NCBI GenBank assembly: GCA_002633005.1
Contig: NMRA01000361.1
Coordinates: forward strand, 62,001 to 126,000
Reading direction: 5' to 3'
DNA: 64,000 nt
Source of the DNA: Phoronis australis
Lineage: Eukaryota > Animalia > Phoronida
Position 1 is the first letter of the stretch. Each line of letters opens with the position of its first letter. The notes beneath the pieces were generated by a model. It searched no databases and was not told where the DNA came from. It saw only the letters and a list, made by a program, of their open reading frames with translations. Shown piece by piece: positions 34,460 to 47,089 of the stretch. The position numbers and the translations under genes were made by a program.

Positions 34460-36883
34460 CTGTAAAGACAGCAACACATCAAAAATATGTTTTTGATCAT
34501 GTTTCGCCGTGACCTCTATAACGTTGTATTTGGTGGTTCACAATTTGACGGCCAACATTCCATTCTTCAATTTTGCGATCGTGCCACTGAAGCATTCTTA
34601 CAACTAATCACAATGCTGCAATATTCTAAAAAGGATTTTGATTCGTTGACAGGCAGTGCATTATTCACGCCCATGGCTGACGGGGTTTGTTTTCTTTCCA
34701 CTCAAACGTCTATTTGTTCCGGTCAGGGCGTTTGCGAGGGCGATTTCATGTGTAGTTCGATCCCTATGATTACTATGCGCAACACCGTCGATAGTTGTGA
34801 TACTTATTTTGATTTACGGCAATTCGTCACTTATTTAGCTCACAATTCGACCGAAAAGTGAAATTATATTTCATCAAATGTTTCCACAAAAATGAAAATG
34901 AAGAAAATTTTACCAGAATGATTTGTACTGTGTAGATATCATAAAAAAATTGTAAAATTTTATTATTTTTAGTATAGTTGTCAAATCAGCCTTTGAGTTG
35001 TGAAAAAAAGCGAACTCAGCACTTATTTTTGTGCGAAATACAAGGAGAATTATCGTAGCTGTTTGGTCAACAATCGCAGCTGCAATGTAGGGATCATAAC
35101 GCCCATGAAATGGAATATTGACTGAATATTTCGTGACTCCTAATTTCAATTTTGATTGGAAAATGAAACATTGGAGCATTCGTCATTATTTCAATTTTCA
35201 CATTCAAGTGTAATTGAACGATGATTTAACTCAATGATTCAGGTTTCAATATTCAACTTTCACAATGGAAATTGAGCTGAAAACCTGCACACGGATTTGT
35301 GATACTTGCAAATGTTGGCTTACTCAAATGAGAGTCCTTCAGATATACTCGAATAAAGAGAAAAGTTATGCATGAACAATAGTAGATCTGGACCATTGTA
35401 GCAGAAACTGGATGGGTCTGATCTATTCTGAAGCATGATTGGTCAAACAAATGACGTCACAAGCAACTCAGCAACGAAAACAAGGACACAGATTGTTCCC
35501 CTCATCACAAGAATTCTTTTTTATTTTTTACTTTTGATTCCATGATGAATTTTTAAATTTAATTCATTGTTCTAGGTTGGAACATTCAATTTAAAATAAA
35601 AATTGACCTTGAAATCTGGATTATTCAGTGGGTTATATCCAAAATAGGTAGTTTGTTTTCGCATGAATACAGTACTCTGGTGACGCATCGGCGTTGGTTT
35701 CGTGAAAATGCATTAATAGGAGTTAAGTGACGCAAATTACTCTTTTTCCGAGAACTGTACACTACACTGGTTGGATGAATAACTTACCGAAGGCGTAGGT
35801 AGCCTATTCTCCCATACGACCACTCTCGAAAAGATTGACAACTTAACGCATAGTGAGGAGACGAGCGATATATGGCCGCAATAAAACGGGCTTCCCCGAG
35901 GGGTAACGTGGTGATCAGGCTACTGGCGTTTTACACTTTTCATTGATTGATTATTGGCTTGATTGATTTTTTGAAGATTTGACCCATGTCCCGTCACACC
36001 AGCTAAATGTCCTGCTCTTTGACTGACGGCAAAGTTGACTTACTATCATTTATATAGCCCCATTATTCCATTCGACTAAAAAGAAAAAAACACCGTCGGT
36101 GCGTTTTAGGTGTTGTGGCACCCATATTTACCTGTCGGACAATAAAAACGTTGTCGGTGCGTTTTCAGCTGTTGCGGAGGACATTTCAATTGTGTGCTTT
36201 TTCAAGATCCAAATATCTTTTGTATAACCGGATGATTCCAAGAGTCAATTCGTTCATTCTCGAATGTTGGCAACTACAGATGGCGCTGCACGAGGCTTCA
36301 AGGTTTTGTATTGAAATTGTGTGCATTTGAAATTGATCACTTATTTGCAAGGACTGCGTATCGTAATCGGATCGGTGGAAATATGCGACAAATTTATGAA
36401 AAGTTTGATACCCTCCGAGGAATGCTCAAGGGCAACTTTGGTATCAGGAAATGTGAACGCTCACACGCCCTAATTAATCCCCATATTCTCATATTTATCT
36501 GTGCGTGAAGCCACGTACAGCTGCCGTAATAAAACAGATAGGCCTATCAATTTAATGTAGTTTGAGCATCGTTGGCCTGCTAAACAGACCTGAAATTCAT
36601 AAAATTGATTTGTATAGAGGTCATACCACGAAACTAATAGATGTGAGTTTAAATCACCATGGTTTAGTAAGCAACTCTTGTCTTTGGAAGCAAAAATAGG
36701 CCTACAAAGGTTAACGTTGAAATCAGGAGTATCTTCGGTTTTGCGTCGTCTGGGGCTAATTGTTGGCGTGGTGTTAGGCTATCGTCTTATATAGAGCTGA
36801 CACATCTATAAATTATTCGGCAGTCGATCAGATCAATCTTAAAGAGTCTTACCGGTGAGAAAACAGATTTTTCTGAAATCAAT

Positions 36884-36950
36884 CTCAGCGCAGAATCGAA
36901 CCTGAAACTCCAGTGCTCGCAGTCAAATGCTCAGTTCGCGGCCTTCATCC
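36884..36950 (-). mobile_element. Degenerate tRNA-derived SINE head
   Basis: B-box GGTTCGATTC on the minus strand with a decayed A-box region. Confidence 0.35.
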
Positions 36951-39485
36951 AACTCGATGGGCAGATATAACTGCGAGAATTAAAACACAATGAACTTTGT
37001 TGTTTTTTAGCGTTCAGGTAAAACTAATATCTTGAAGGAGTCTATTACAACCAACGATGACCTCAAAAATAATGTTTTCGTACGTAATACTGTCGATCTA
37101 AGGTAGACTTACATGTACAAATGAATACCGGTAAAATTGAGCTCTTCCTTTACCCCTAGTATTTAATTAGTGCGTTGACTGACTACCTGACGCAACTGTG
37201 TATTCAAAAACCATAATATTCAATGACTTCCAGTGCACGTCTTTTGTGCAGACATAAAGGTGTGCACGATACATGGACCGTTGATTCTGTATACACCGTA
37301 GAAGTCCTTCGCAATGTCTTCATGTGGCCATAGAGACGCTGCCAATGTCAACGCCATGACACCAGGGGTGCGTTCCGTAGACCGTCGTGAAAATTTCACG
37401 AAAATGCAAGATCACTCAAGACTTCACGAGATGTCGCCATATTTTCTAAGCGAAGTACGCGATCTTGCTACCTTCCTTTTTCGACGGAACTCGGCTGGCG
37501 CAGGAATTTTTGGATGCCACAAATAAAAATTAAACGTCCGATCACAGCAATAAGAACGGAATCTTGAACGCTTATATAGGAAGGAAGAATGGCGCACTAT
37601 TCAAGCAACTTCTGTTGGCCAGAATTGCGTTGAATATTCTACATACGCAATGGATTCCGATCGGACTCTAGCAGACTCGCATACCATTAGAAAAAACTGC
37701 TGTTTTGGTTTCAACTCCATACGACATCGGTTTTCAAAACGAGGCTTTGATATGATTTTGATTTCGCATGCACAATCAAGGAAATAATACATTAATTTTG
37801 TATTACGTGTAATTGTATTCGCCATAATAAATGACCTTATATCTCTTACCGCGGTCTACTTTTCATCCTTGGAAACGATTTTGTGACGCATGTATCATTA
37901 TTCGGGACACATATCGATCATTAATAATATGAACATAATTAAAAGAAATTAATGGATTTTAAAGAACACCCGTATTATCAGTCTTAGTTTTCTTCTTGAG
38001 AACCATTTTTATGCTCAGTTTTGGAGTGCATTGCAAGATGGCGATGTTGTCGGTAAAAATCTGGTTCTTTGTCGCAATGTCGGACACGTTTTTACGAAGG
38101 CCGACCACCCAAGATCAGTGTTTTTACTGACCAAGTTCGCCGTCGATACAAAGGAAATATTAAGTACTCATAAATTACGTCAATTAAACTGAGCCTTAAT
38201 ACAAATGAAATCGCATGTTAACCAATATATCAGCCCACCCCGACATCGGTTGATCCGGCAGTGACACCGAGATGGCGTAAATGCATTATTTTCGCCATTT
38301 ACTTGTTATTTTAAGAGAAACCTGCATTTTATTGTCCGGTCTCAGTTGAACGCCCGCTTGTTTACTCTACCTACACGTAGTTTTTTACACTAAACCGTGG
38401 GTTGTAGTATTTTCAATGACCGATATGTGTGGTTTTGCGCACAATATTAAGTTTTTGTTGGCTTCTTCGTTAAGTTATTAATTACCAGCGCCTCTCTCAA
38501 TGTACATCGCAAGCCAACACTAGCCAGGAATAAATCACCAGCAAAATCATATTAGCCTGACTTAACCGAGCTTAGTTTAATCGTGTAGTTTCATGCATGA
38601 GGTCTGAAATGTTGGAAAGCGATGCTGTTGTAGTGTTGTACCTTTAGTTTCTGGGCAGATTATCTCTTTTCTGAGATCAATTATCGTCATGGACGCCGTC
38701 TTGTCAACAGTCTTGTGGTGGCACGTTCAAACAGTGCGGCCTCCACCAGATGGAGATGGAAGTCTGTGTGGTGTCATGTGGTGATGTACGCTACTGAGTC
38801 ATAGTTTGGTACTACCGGTAAGTGGAAAGTGCACGATTCTGCGAACTTGGCAAACAAATTGGGCATTGTCGCCCTGATGCTGGTCAGATTATCTCCACAA
38901 ATGCAATGAACACATGATGTGGGATTTTCAGACGAGTGGCTATCCATACTTTTCATGTCTGAGCTTTGTTTCTACTGCTTAGCTCTTTGTTGAACTATTT
39001 TGTCGTTCTTGGTGAGCCGTCTCGTGGAAGAGAAGGTCTCGCCACCTAGTGATTCACTGAGGTTACCCCGTTTTAAATCAGGAATGAATGGGTAGCCTCT
39101 GTCGACTATGACCGTGTGTTGTTTGGCTAGAGCTTGATTTTTGAGTACTCACGACACCAAGAATTCTGTTACAGGGATATATGTACATTGAAAGGGTTTT
39201 CAATGCCGAAACATTTTCTTTTGTACTGCTAGGCAGCAGAATGGATAACCTAAATTCCCGTCTAAAGTAAATGTACACTAAACGGGAAAATTAGCATACG
39301 AATTAAGTGGTGCTTCCGTTGGATATTTCACAGAAAATATCTGAGATTTGAATCTGTAACCTATAATCTATGCTGCCAGTCAGCTTACGATCGCATTGAC
39401 ATGCAACCAATTGACGCGTGTCAATTGTGTTGCATAAAAAATCACCGTTATATGACTTCACGACACGACCATCTTCCTCAAAATA

Positions 39486-39850
39486 CAGGGTATCCCAAAA
39501 ATGTTCTCTCTCTCCATAACAACAGCGGGAGTTCAAACTTAATTCCAGTGTAAATGTATAAGGTTCTGTTCCCTCCTCCCTGGGCCTATTGCATGGTTAC
39601 ACCTTGTAGTGAAAGTAATCGCGTGGGATCGTCATGTGCTCCGTAGGCACGGGAATCGCTGACAAATTTTGGAGAACGTAAAAGTTTCGCATAATGTCAC
39701 TGCAAGGTCAAAGACAATAAATATTCTTCTGAAGCTAATCAACGAAGAATTGTAATTTCTTTTTTAATTTAAAACATTAATTTTGTTTCAAGTCAATAAA
39801 CAACATAGTTATTGCTATTTGAAGTGTGAGCACATTCTTGGGACACCCTG
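39486..39850. mobile_element. Tc1/mariner-type MITE
   Basis: TIRs CAGGGTATCCCAAAAATGT and ACATTCTTGGGACACCCTG; TA on the left flank, AA on the right. Confidence 0.7.
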
Positions 39851-40294
39851 AATACTCGATTGCTCATTTTTCTATTCCGACATCTTCGGGAGGTTTTATC
39901 AAAATCTCTCCACAACGTTTTGGGCTAAAACTGCCAGTAACTGACCGAACGACTGGCATACGATCGGAAGTCCAAAAATAGTCTCCTTGCATGAATTACA
40001 AACCGTATGCAAGCACGATGAAAAATTAATGTCTTCCATACNGAACTTTTTTAAACCAATGAGTACCCACACCAAAAGCTTCTTTGCTTCAAGCTGCCTT
40101 AATTACTGAAATGACATGTTAGCTTTTAACCTACTGATACAACATTTTGTTACGCAACAAGAGTTTAAAACGTGCGTAGGTTTACTTCGTGAAATTAGGA
40201 AACAACAAACCATGAAAGCATTGCCCTCAGTTTGTTTGCGCTCGTATTTTGAAACGATAACAGCTTTGATATTCGTTTTGTTTAAATTAGTGCA

Positions 40295-40323
40295 GTTGCC
40301 TCAAGAAACGTCGCCATGGTAAC
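40295..40323. promoter_or_regulatory. Two adjacent RFX X-box-like motifs upstream of the SLC43A3-like gene
   Basis: GTTGCC-TCA-AGAAAC and GTCGCC-AT-GGTAAC fit GTNRCC-N(0-3)-RGYAAC; the first has one mismatch. Confidence 0.45.
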
Positions 40324-40553
40324 TGCGGAGGATGTGTAGGCTTACACCATCTAATCCTCGTGTGCATTGAGGTTTGTTATAAGTGAAGACGTACATGCAA
40401 TTCGTTTACTCTAGGTGAGATCAACAAGCAACGTTGAGATATTTATTGTTATGAGTTTTTAAAACTTGGCCAGACCTTTCAAATCTGGTCTGTTTTCACA
40501 GATTAGTTCATAGGAGGTTAGAGGTATTATAAATACCCTTTATTTTGTTTCAG

Positions 40554-40649
40554 GAAAGAATTTGCTTCTCTGAACGTAAGCCCGAGAGTTTGTAAAAGTT
40601 AGTTCAGTGGATATAAAACAGATTGAACTTCAAAGTAATTGCTTCAAAG
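40554..40649 (+). other. Probable 5'UTR exon of the SLC43A3-like gene
   Basis: TTTTGTTTCAG acceptor and AAG|GTGAGT donor about 100 nt before the coding exon acceptor. Confidence 0.55.
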
Positions 40650-40753
40650 GTGAGTATGATCTCAGAACTCTCAATGTTCAAAGTCTTGGATGCTTTAATT
40701 GGAAAAGACTCAGACGTCGGTAATTGTACATTTCAACTTTTTCGTTACAGCTT

Positions 40754-41418
40754 ATGGCCCTGTTAAGTACCAAACGAAAATTCGGTTTAGTTTTATGCGT
40801 CACGGAATGTCTCATGTTCTGTGGCGTTACACTGGGGTGGTCTCTGCTCATCCCCATATTCAAAAATGCGGGTTATTTTGGAGACGTGTGCCTGTCTAAT
40901 ACTTCTGACATTCTCAAAGAATCAACTTCGTCTCCGGGTCCGGACACAGATAAAATTTTTGATAATTCACCTGGAATTGGTGATTTACCAGGAAGACGGA
41001 AGAGGGACGCGACATTTCTTCGTTTCTCATCACGTCACACACCGGAACCTGCGACCAGAACTCAACATCAAAGAACCACATTAAATCTCACAGATGTCTT
41101 TATTCATGAAAGCGGCCATCCTGAAAAAATGGAAAGTGCAACGTGGCCATCATTTCCCATTTTCGTCGAAGTCGATTCTCTGAATGAAGCGAATTTCTTA
41201 GTTGGCCTCGAAGATAAGCCCAGCATTCGGTATTCCTTCTGTGCGGATGGAGACTTCAAGGTGATGTGCTGCAAGGCTGTTTTCGTCACGTGCTCCGAAC
41301 AAAGAGAACGGTTGGTATTGGTGGATGAGACCTCGTCAGTACTGGTACAACTTGCAGCGCTGCCTGGAGGCTGGTTCTTCGATAGCCACAACACACTGAA
41401 GACGAGGCTGATTGCTAT
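40754..41418 (+). CDS. SLC43A3: SLC43A3-like (ENBT1/LAT3 family MFS transporter) first coding exon; remaining exons not found in the window
   Basis: TM1 ECLMFCGVTLGWSLLIPIFKNAGYFGDVC and CSEQRERL...PGGWFFDSHNTLKTRLIA resemble the SLC43A3 motifs (ECLxFAGVxFGWPSLVFVFKxxxYF..C; CxxQDERF...PxGYIFD....ARLIA). TTACAG acceptor at 40750; GTAAGT donor at 41419. Confidence 0.78.
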
Positions 41419-42480
41419 GTAAGTTATGAAGATTACCTCTTTTGTGTTTCACAGTGGAACTTTCTAGAACTTATCTGAGCTCCACTCGGTTAAATCGACA
41501 AAACTTTCCTTGTTCTTTTCAACCCATGAGTACTTTCCAACATTAAATGTCTTATTTTACTGATAACTTTCAAAATTATTTACTTTATGCTAACAAATTG
41601 AGAATACTCTTGACCTGTGCAACCTTCATTCATAAAGTTGGGGCGAATCCGTCTGCTTAATAATGTTATGCTTAGCAATTTCATCATCAGAATTGAGCAT
41701 TTAGGCAACGATTTCCTTATTACTCGGCATGACTATACATACAATAACAAACTAGTAACACTGAATTCTCTTTAGTTCCTGATTAGCTTAGGTCGAGGGA
41801 GCATATTCTGCCGATTCCATTTTCTTGACCCAGGACATCCATGCAAAGATGGTCTATTGTGCGTATACACTCGCAACCAAGTTACCTCTATATAGTGCAA
41901 CAATTGGGTTTTGCCAATAGGAGGATTTGTACTCTTTAGTTTACACAAATGAAGAATCACCCTAGTGCAACGCTTTAATGGCCACATCAAGAAATGTCAC
42001 AAGCGGTTCGAAATGAGCCACTTTCCTCGGATCAATACGTCAAGGAATTATACCATTTAAACTGTTTAGATCAGTGACTTCAACAACTAAGTTGCGAAAA
42101 CGTTTGAATTGTATCGATGTAAAATTGTTTAAAAATAATTTTATGCACCCGGGCAGATACATGTATTTGCAGAAAGCGCGATACCGTTATCCCTGCTGGG
42201 CGATCGGCATTGCACAAATGTCCCCAAATTTACAAGATCATTCACGAAATTTGTTTCTTTCAAGGAAATATGGACGATGACGATTTCTGAACGGATCTGA
42301 CAACCTCCCGCAGTAACATTCGTAGTCACAAAATTATGAAAGTAGTAAATAACGTAGAAAATAAATCTGAAACTAAATAAGGCGAACTAGATCCTCCCAA
42401 GTAGTAAATAATTCTTAGTCTTCGTACACGACATTTGTCGGTGTCACCTCATGATCTATAGCTAAGTATGAAATGATCGA

Positions 42481-42555
42481 TGTCCCGACCTCGGTTCGAA
42501 CCCAGGACTTTCTGCTAACCGTGCAGACGCTTTAGTTCATTGAGGTATCGGGACC
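42481..42555 (-). pseudogene. tRNA-like element (pseudo-tRNA or SINE head), copy 1
   Basis: GTCCCGA/TCGGGAC acceptor stem; TCTGC-ACGGTTA-GCAGA anticodon arm; GGTTCGAACC B-box; D and T stems damaged. Confidence 0.6.
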
Positions 42556-42682
42556 ACCGGGCGATTAAGGAATCCAAAAATATCAGAAGGCTTCTTACAA
42601 AAACTTGGGTTTGCATAATAATGTGTTATCAATCACCCCGTTAATACCCTACATATGACGTATAGCTAAAGAAAACATCTCA

Positions 42683-42743
42683 GTCCTAACCGGGACTTTC
42701 TGTTAACCATGCAGACGCTGTAGTCCACTGAGCCATCGGAACC
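42683..42743 (-). pseudogene. tRNA-like element, copy 2 (3' truncated)
   Basis: A-box TGGCTCAGTGG; TCTGC-ATGGTTA-ACAGA arm; shares its flank with copy 1. Confidence 0.5.
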
Positions 42744-42811
42744 ACCGGGCGATTGAAGAAACCCAGACTTAATAGATAGCATCTTGGCAAAACTTGGGAG
42801 TGCATACACAT

Positions 42812-42929
42812 CAGGGGCAGATCCAGGGTTTTGACTTAGGAGGGACCAGGGCGGAGTATTAGCCGGGATTTCGCCCGTCAGACATTCGCACCCCCGACTG
42901 CCAAATGCCCCCCTCTAAATCCGCCACTC
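42812..42929. mobile_element. Short GC-rich MITE (GGCGGATCCAG-type termini); relatives near 28178, 62877 and 63361
   Basis: CAGGGGCAGATCCAG ... CTAAATCCGCCACT imperfect TIR; no clear TSD. Confidence 0.45.
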
Positions 42930-44304
42930 ATGATATAAGCGTTATGTTGTCTATCAGCGTGTTGATATCGTATATTGCGGGGACGCAGGTGTTTTCAGGC
43001 TCAGCTATAAGTAACTTGGTGTAACCACCACATGCCGTTTGAAGACAAACAATAGAAACTTGTACGACAACAACGCGCTGATTGATAGCAACATGAAACC
43101 AATAGTGGCCAAAAGTAGCCTACTGGAAAAAACGAAAACTTGGGTGCTGAATTCTGGTGGAGTTAGTAATAGCTGATTGTATAAATTGGTGTAATAGCTT
43201 TAATCAGGGAAAAGAAGTAACACAATAGGGGAGACGTGTCGCTTAATTTAGGTCTAAGCTGTCAATGACAGAACAATCACTTGCTAAGCAATGGATATTA
43301 TGTGTTTTGCAAGGAAGGCTAAAATTTTCAATTTAAGACCCGTCTGGGTCATCGATCGAAAAGACAAACAGTGTATTGATAAATTCAATAAGCACTGTTG
43401 GCACTTAACAGCTTCATCGTGACAGGGACCAAATGGCAAAGGTGAATCTGGTTGGACGACTTCTTGCAGCCGTCTTCAGCGAGATACCACCTTCAGTTCA
43501 CTATGCATTTAGATCCTTGAACCGAAATCTCTCCGTTGGTGGGAAGACAATGCTGATAAGATCGTTTCCGACAGCAGATGGTGCGGTTGGTGCTTTGTCC
43601 AGATTTAATTTAACGTCATCTCAGCTGCTTCAGATGCTTTTTCTTATAAGTCTTCTCGTGGTCATGGCTGACAAACCAAGGTTTCTTGTCAATTTATGAG
43701 TCATTTGGTTGGAAACTCTCTGATTATGCTTATCTCAATTGAAAAGCACAAGAGTTTCCAGCTATTGCGGGGTCAGCCACCTAATCGTCTTTGTATTCTG
43801 GTATCCCAAGCTACATGTACCAAGGCACTAGCCAGTTGTATCTGCGAGTACCAACTGCTGCGTGCCATCAGAGAATAGCCCTACGCTAGATAGCGAAGAT
43901 GTCTGAACAAAGTAGCATTTATTGTAAGAATTCAGCTCTTAATTCAATGAGATATTTTAAGCATCAATGAGTTATTGTCAAATGGGTTGTTGACTGCATA
44001 TTCTAAAAAGAATTCCTTTCTTTTCAATAGGCGATTCGTGGAATCGAAAAAATGTTTAAAATAATGGGGTAACTGGTACAAAAATTTAAGTATGCTCGGT
44101 TGGAAATATCACCAAGAAAAGAGTTCTGTTTTCCCTGCAAATTGGTTTGTTTGAGCAAAAATGATTTCTTAGCGCTTTTTTCTAAAATTTTTAATCACGC
44201 GCAATGAATAACCCCCATGGTGCCATGCCAAAATGCAGATCGCACCAGGAGTGTCCTTTTAAAACAAATATTGTTTCTTTTAGTGTGGAAAGAACGCCTG
44301 CAGT

Positions 44305-44306
<2 letters not shown>

Positions 44307-44340
<34 letters not shown>
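44307..44340. repeat. (TA)n microsatellite
   Basis: Direct observation. Confidence 0.95.
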
Positions 44341-44342
<2 letters not shown>

Positions 44343-44879
44343 TAATGTTTATTTTTAAATCTTCAGTACAATAATATAAAGTTCCGAGAGGCATTGTATC
44401 TGGGTTAAATAAATATAAAAAAATAAAAAATCTATATACAATTATTATACACAAATACATAAGTTAAAAAACTGATGTTAAGTTTACAATGACATATGAT
44501 TACGAATGTAAATATATCATTTTTATACACGATAATTTATTTTAAATGTTTACAATTTTATCGACTCACGCAAAGAGATTGTATATTAAAAATAAATTTT
44601 GATACTATTTCTAATAAAACATTATTTTCATTTGGGTCGAGTTCTTTATATCCATTTAGAAAAAAATAATGTTGTTATACATTTGAGGAATATCAGAATA
44701 CTAATTGTAAACATTAGGGTATTGTTCGAGTGTCTGGAAAAGCTGTACCCTCTGCTCTCTGCATACCTCACAAGCAAAGAAAAGTGTGTGCACAGGAACA
44801 CATAAGTGAAACATCATTAAAATTGATCTTTATAGGATAATTTCCTGTTTGCGAGGAAGTTGAAATGATATCAGTGGGA

Positions 44880-46830
44880 CTGGGAAGTCTTGAGTGGTGG
44901 TATGCAGTTTAAAAAAATTTTTGAGAGTGACGATTGAAGTGCTGTCTTTCATTTTGGATTGTAAGGAATTCCAGTTGTCAGTGCAAGTTAATATCGTGGA
45001 TCTCCTGAAGGCTTGGCTGAGGGAAGATGGTATAGTGTATATATTACTTTGCCGTAGTCCTGGTCTTGTATTAAGTCTTCTGTAGGAGTCAAAGAGGATT
45101 TTGTTTGAACAATTTTTATGTTGTTTAAGACTTTGAATGTATACATGGACAGGTGGAGTTTACGACGGGTTGCTAGTTTGCTCCAGTTGGGACTGTTTAG
45201 AACCTTGGTTGTGTTGGATCCTCTGTATTCTCCTGTTATGGCTAAAGCTGCTTGGTATTGTAGTCTTTCTAATTGAAGAAGTATGCCAGCGTTTGCCGAT
45301 TGGTAGATTATGTCACAGTAATCCAGATGTGGAAGTACAAAAGACTTGAATAGAGTTTCAAGATGCATGGAGTTGAGATGGCGAGGGACAAATCTAATTG
45401 GATTGATTAATTTCTGTACGTTGTGAACGAGATCGCTACAGTGAGGAGTAAATGTGTATTATTAGACTTAGAAAATATAAGATCAACACTTTTTCAGGCT
45501 TAAATATCATCTTCCATTCGTAAAACCAGTCATAGAATTTGTTTAGGTCAGTTTGTAATTGTAAGGAGTCATGGGGATGCTCTTTTGAGAATGGGTAGAA
45601 AATTGCAGAGTCATCAGCATATAAGAATGTTTTAGAGTTTATGGTGTCTGGAAGATCATTGATGTAAGGTAAAAAGAGTTAAGGGGCCTAGTACGCCCCC
45701 TGTGGTAATCCAGCATTTACGAAACCAGGTGTTGATTACGATAATAAGACACCCTCAATTTGGACTTAGTAAGTTCGATATTCCAGATAAGATTTTAATA
45801 GTAAGAGGAGAGTGCCTGAGAAACCGTAAGATGGTAATTTATGTAGAAGCAGGTCATGGGGAACGGCATCAAAAGCTGACACAATGTCTAAAAATACGGA
45901 TCTCACGTTGTACCCTAGCTCAAATAGGAGGTGGATTTCTGTAAATTGGGACACATTGCTGTTACCAGGCATGAATCCAAATTAGCGACGATAGATGCGG
46001 TTTTGTGATGAGAGGTGATCAAACATATTTTGATAAATATTTTTCTCACATTTCGGATAAGATGTTAAGAAGAGTTATGGGGCGACAGTAGGCAATGTCT
46101 ATTTTGGAGTTCTTTTTGTGTATTGGTATCATAACACCAAGTTTCCAATCCAAAGGAAATTTTCCAGATTGTAGTATTTTGTTGTATAATGTTGTCAGAG
46201 GAACTATAATCTCTCTTGCTATTATCTTGATCATTTTATTGGTTATTAGATTGGTACCGTCGTTTTTGTTTTCGTCGATGTTTTCTAGTATTTTTCGGAC
46301 TTCAGATGGTATGGCTTGTATGTCAGAGAGGTGTTGTAATGTTCTGTTTGGAAATTCGGGAAAGTTTGTTGGTGGTGAATTGTGACTCTTGGCAGTGACG
46401 TATTCCAGAAATAACTTACCTTTTCAGCCTTGGATGACGCTTGAGTGTTGGATTCCTTTTGCGTGTTGGATTCCTTTGAGTGGATGGTGGGGTATGATGA
46501 TTGCTTTACCTGTCCTTGAATTTTGTTAACTATATCCCAATATTCCTTAGAATTTTTGGAGACATTGTTGATGTTGGCGATAATTTACATATTATAGTCT
46601 TGTTTCGTCTTTTTAATTAGTTCTTCCACAATGTTGCACTGCTCTTTGTAACAATTAAACGTGTACGGGTTACTTGATTTTCTGAACGATCTGTACAGTT
46701 TATTTTTTATTTATTTCAGACTTAATTTTGTTGTTAAACCACGGTTTGTTCTTGTTTTTTATTGTATTCATGGTTGGTGGGATATTATCTTAAAATTATT
46801 GTTAGAAATTTCTTGAATGTGCCTGTTAAG
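44880..46830 (-). mobile_element. Degraded CR1/L2-like LINE reverse transcriptase
   Basis: FPLDWKLGVMIPIHKK...CRPITLLNILS, FLDIVSAFDAVPHDLLLHKL, FLYADDS (about 45610-45628), FKSFVLPHLDYCDIIY; many stops and frameshifts. Confidence 0.9.
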
Positions 46831-47089
46831 GGGAAATATTAACGTCTACAAAAATACCCAAATTCAATCGGATTTTTCAATTGATATTCCAGTTTTGATT
46901 TTCATTAAATGGATATCAACTTCGGAAATATTTCTGAGGAAACCGCAAGAACATGAATTTGATAGTTCATAATCGTCCTGCAGACTGATGGTATGTTCAG
47001 TCAATCAAGTCAATCAATTTGTTTCTGTAATAAAGGCCATAGGCACACTGTACAATGAGCAACGTGTAACATACTAAGAGTGCAGCAAG

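Noticed and set aside
32777-34465. Plus-strand ORFs overlapping the LRR-Ig gene
   Set aside because: Antisense shadows of the real CDS with no recognisable domains.
42481-42555. Functional tRNA-Thr(GGT)
   Set aside because: Broken D and T stems, no U33, and an anticodon atypical for eukaryotes.
43020-44000. Possible highly degraded LINE on the minus strand
   Set aside because: Only vague resemblance to pre-RT motifs; no diagnostic motif could be read.
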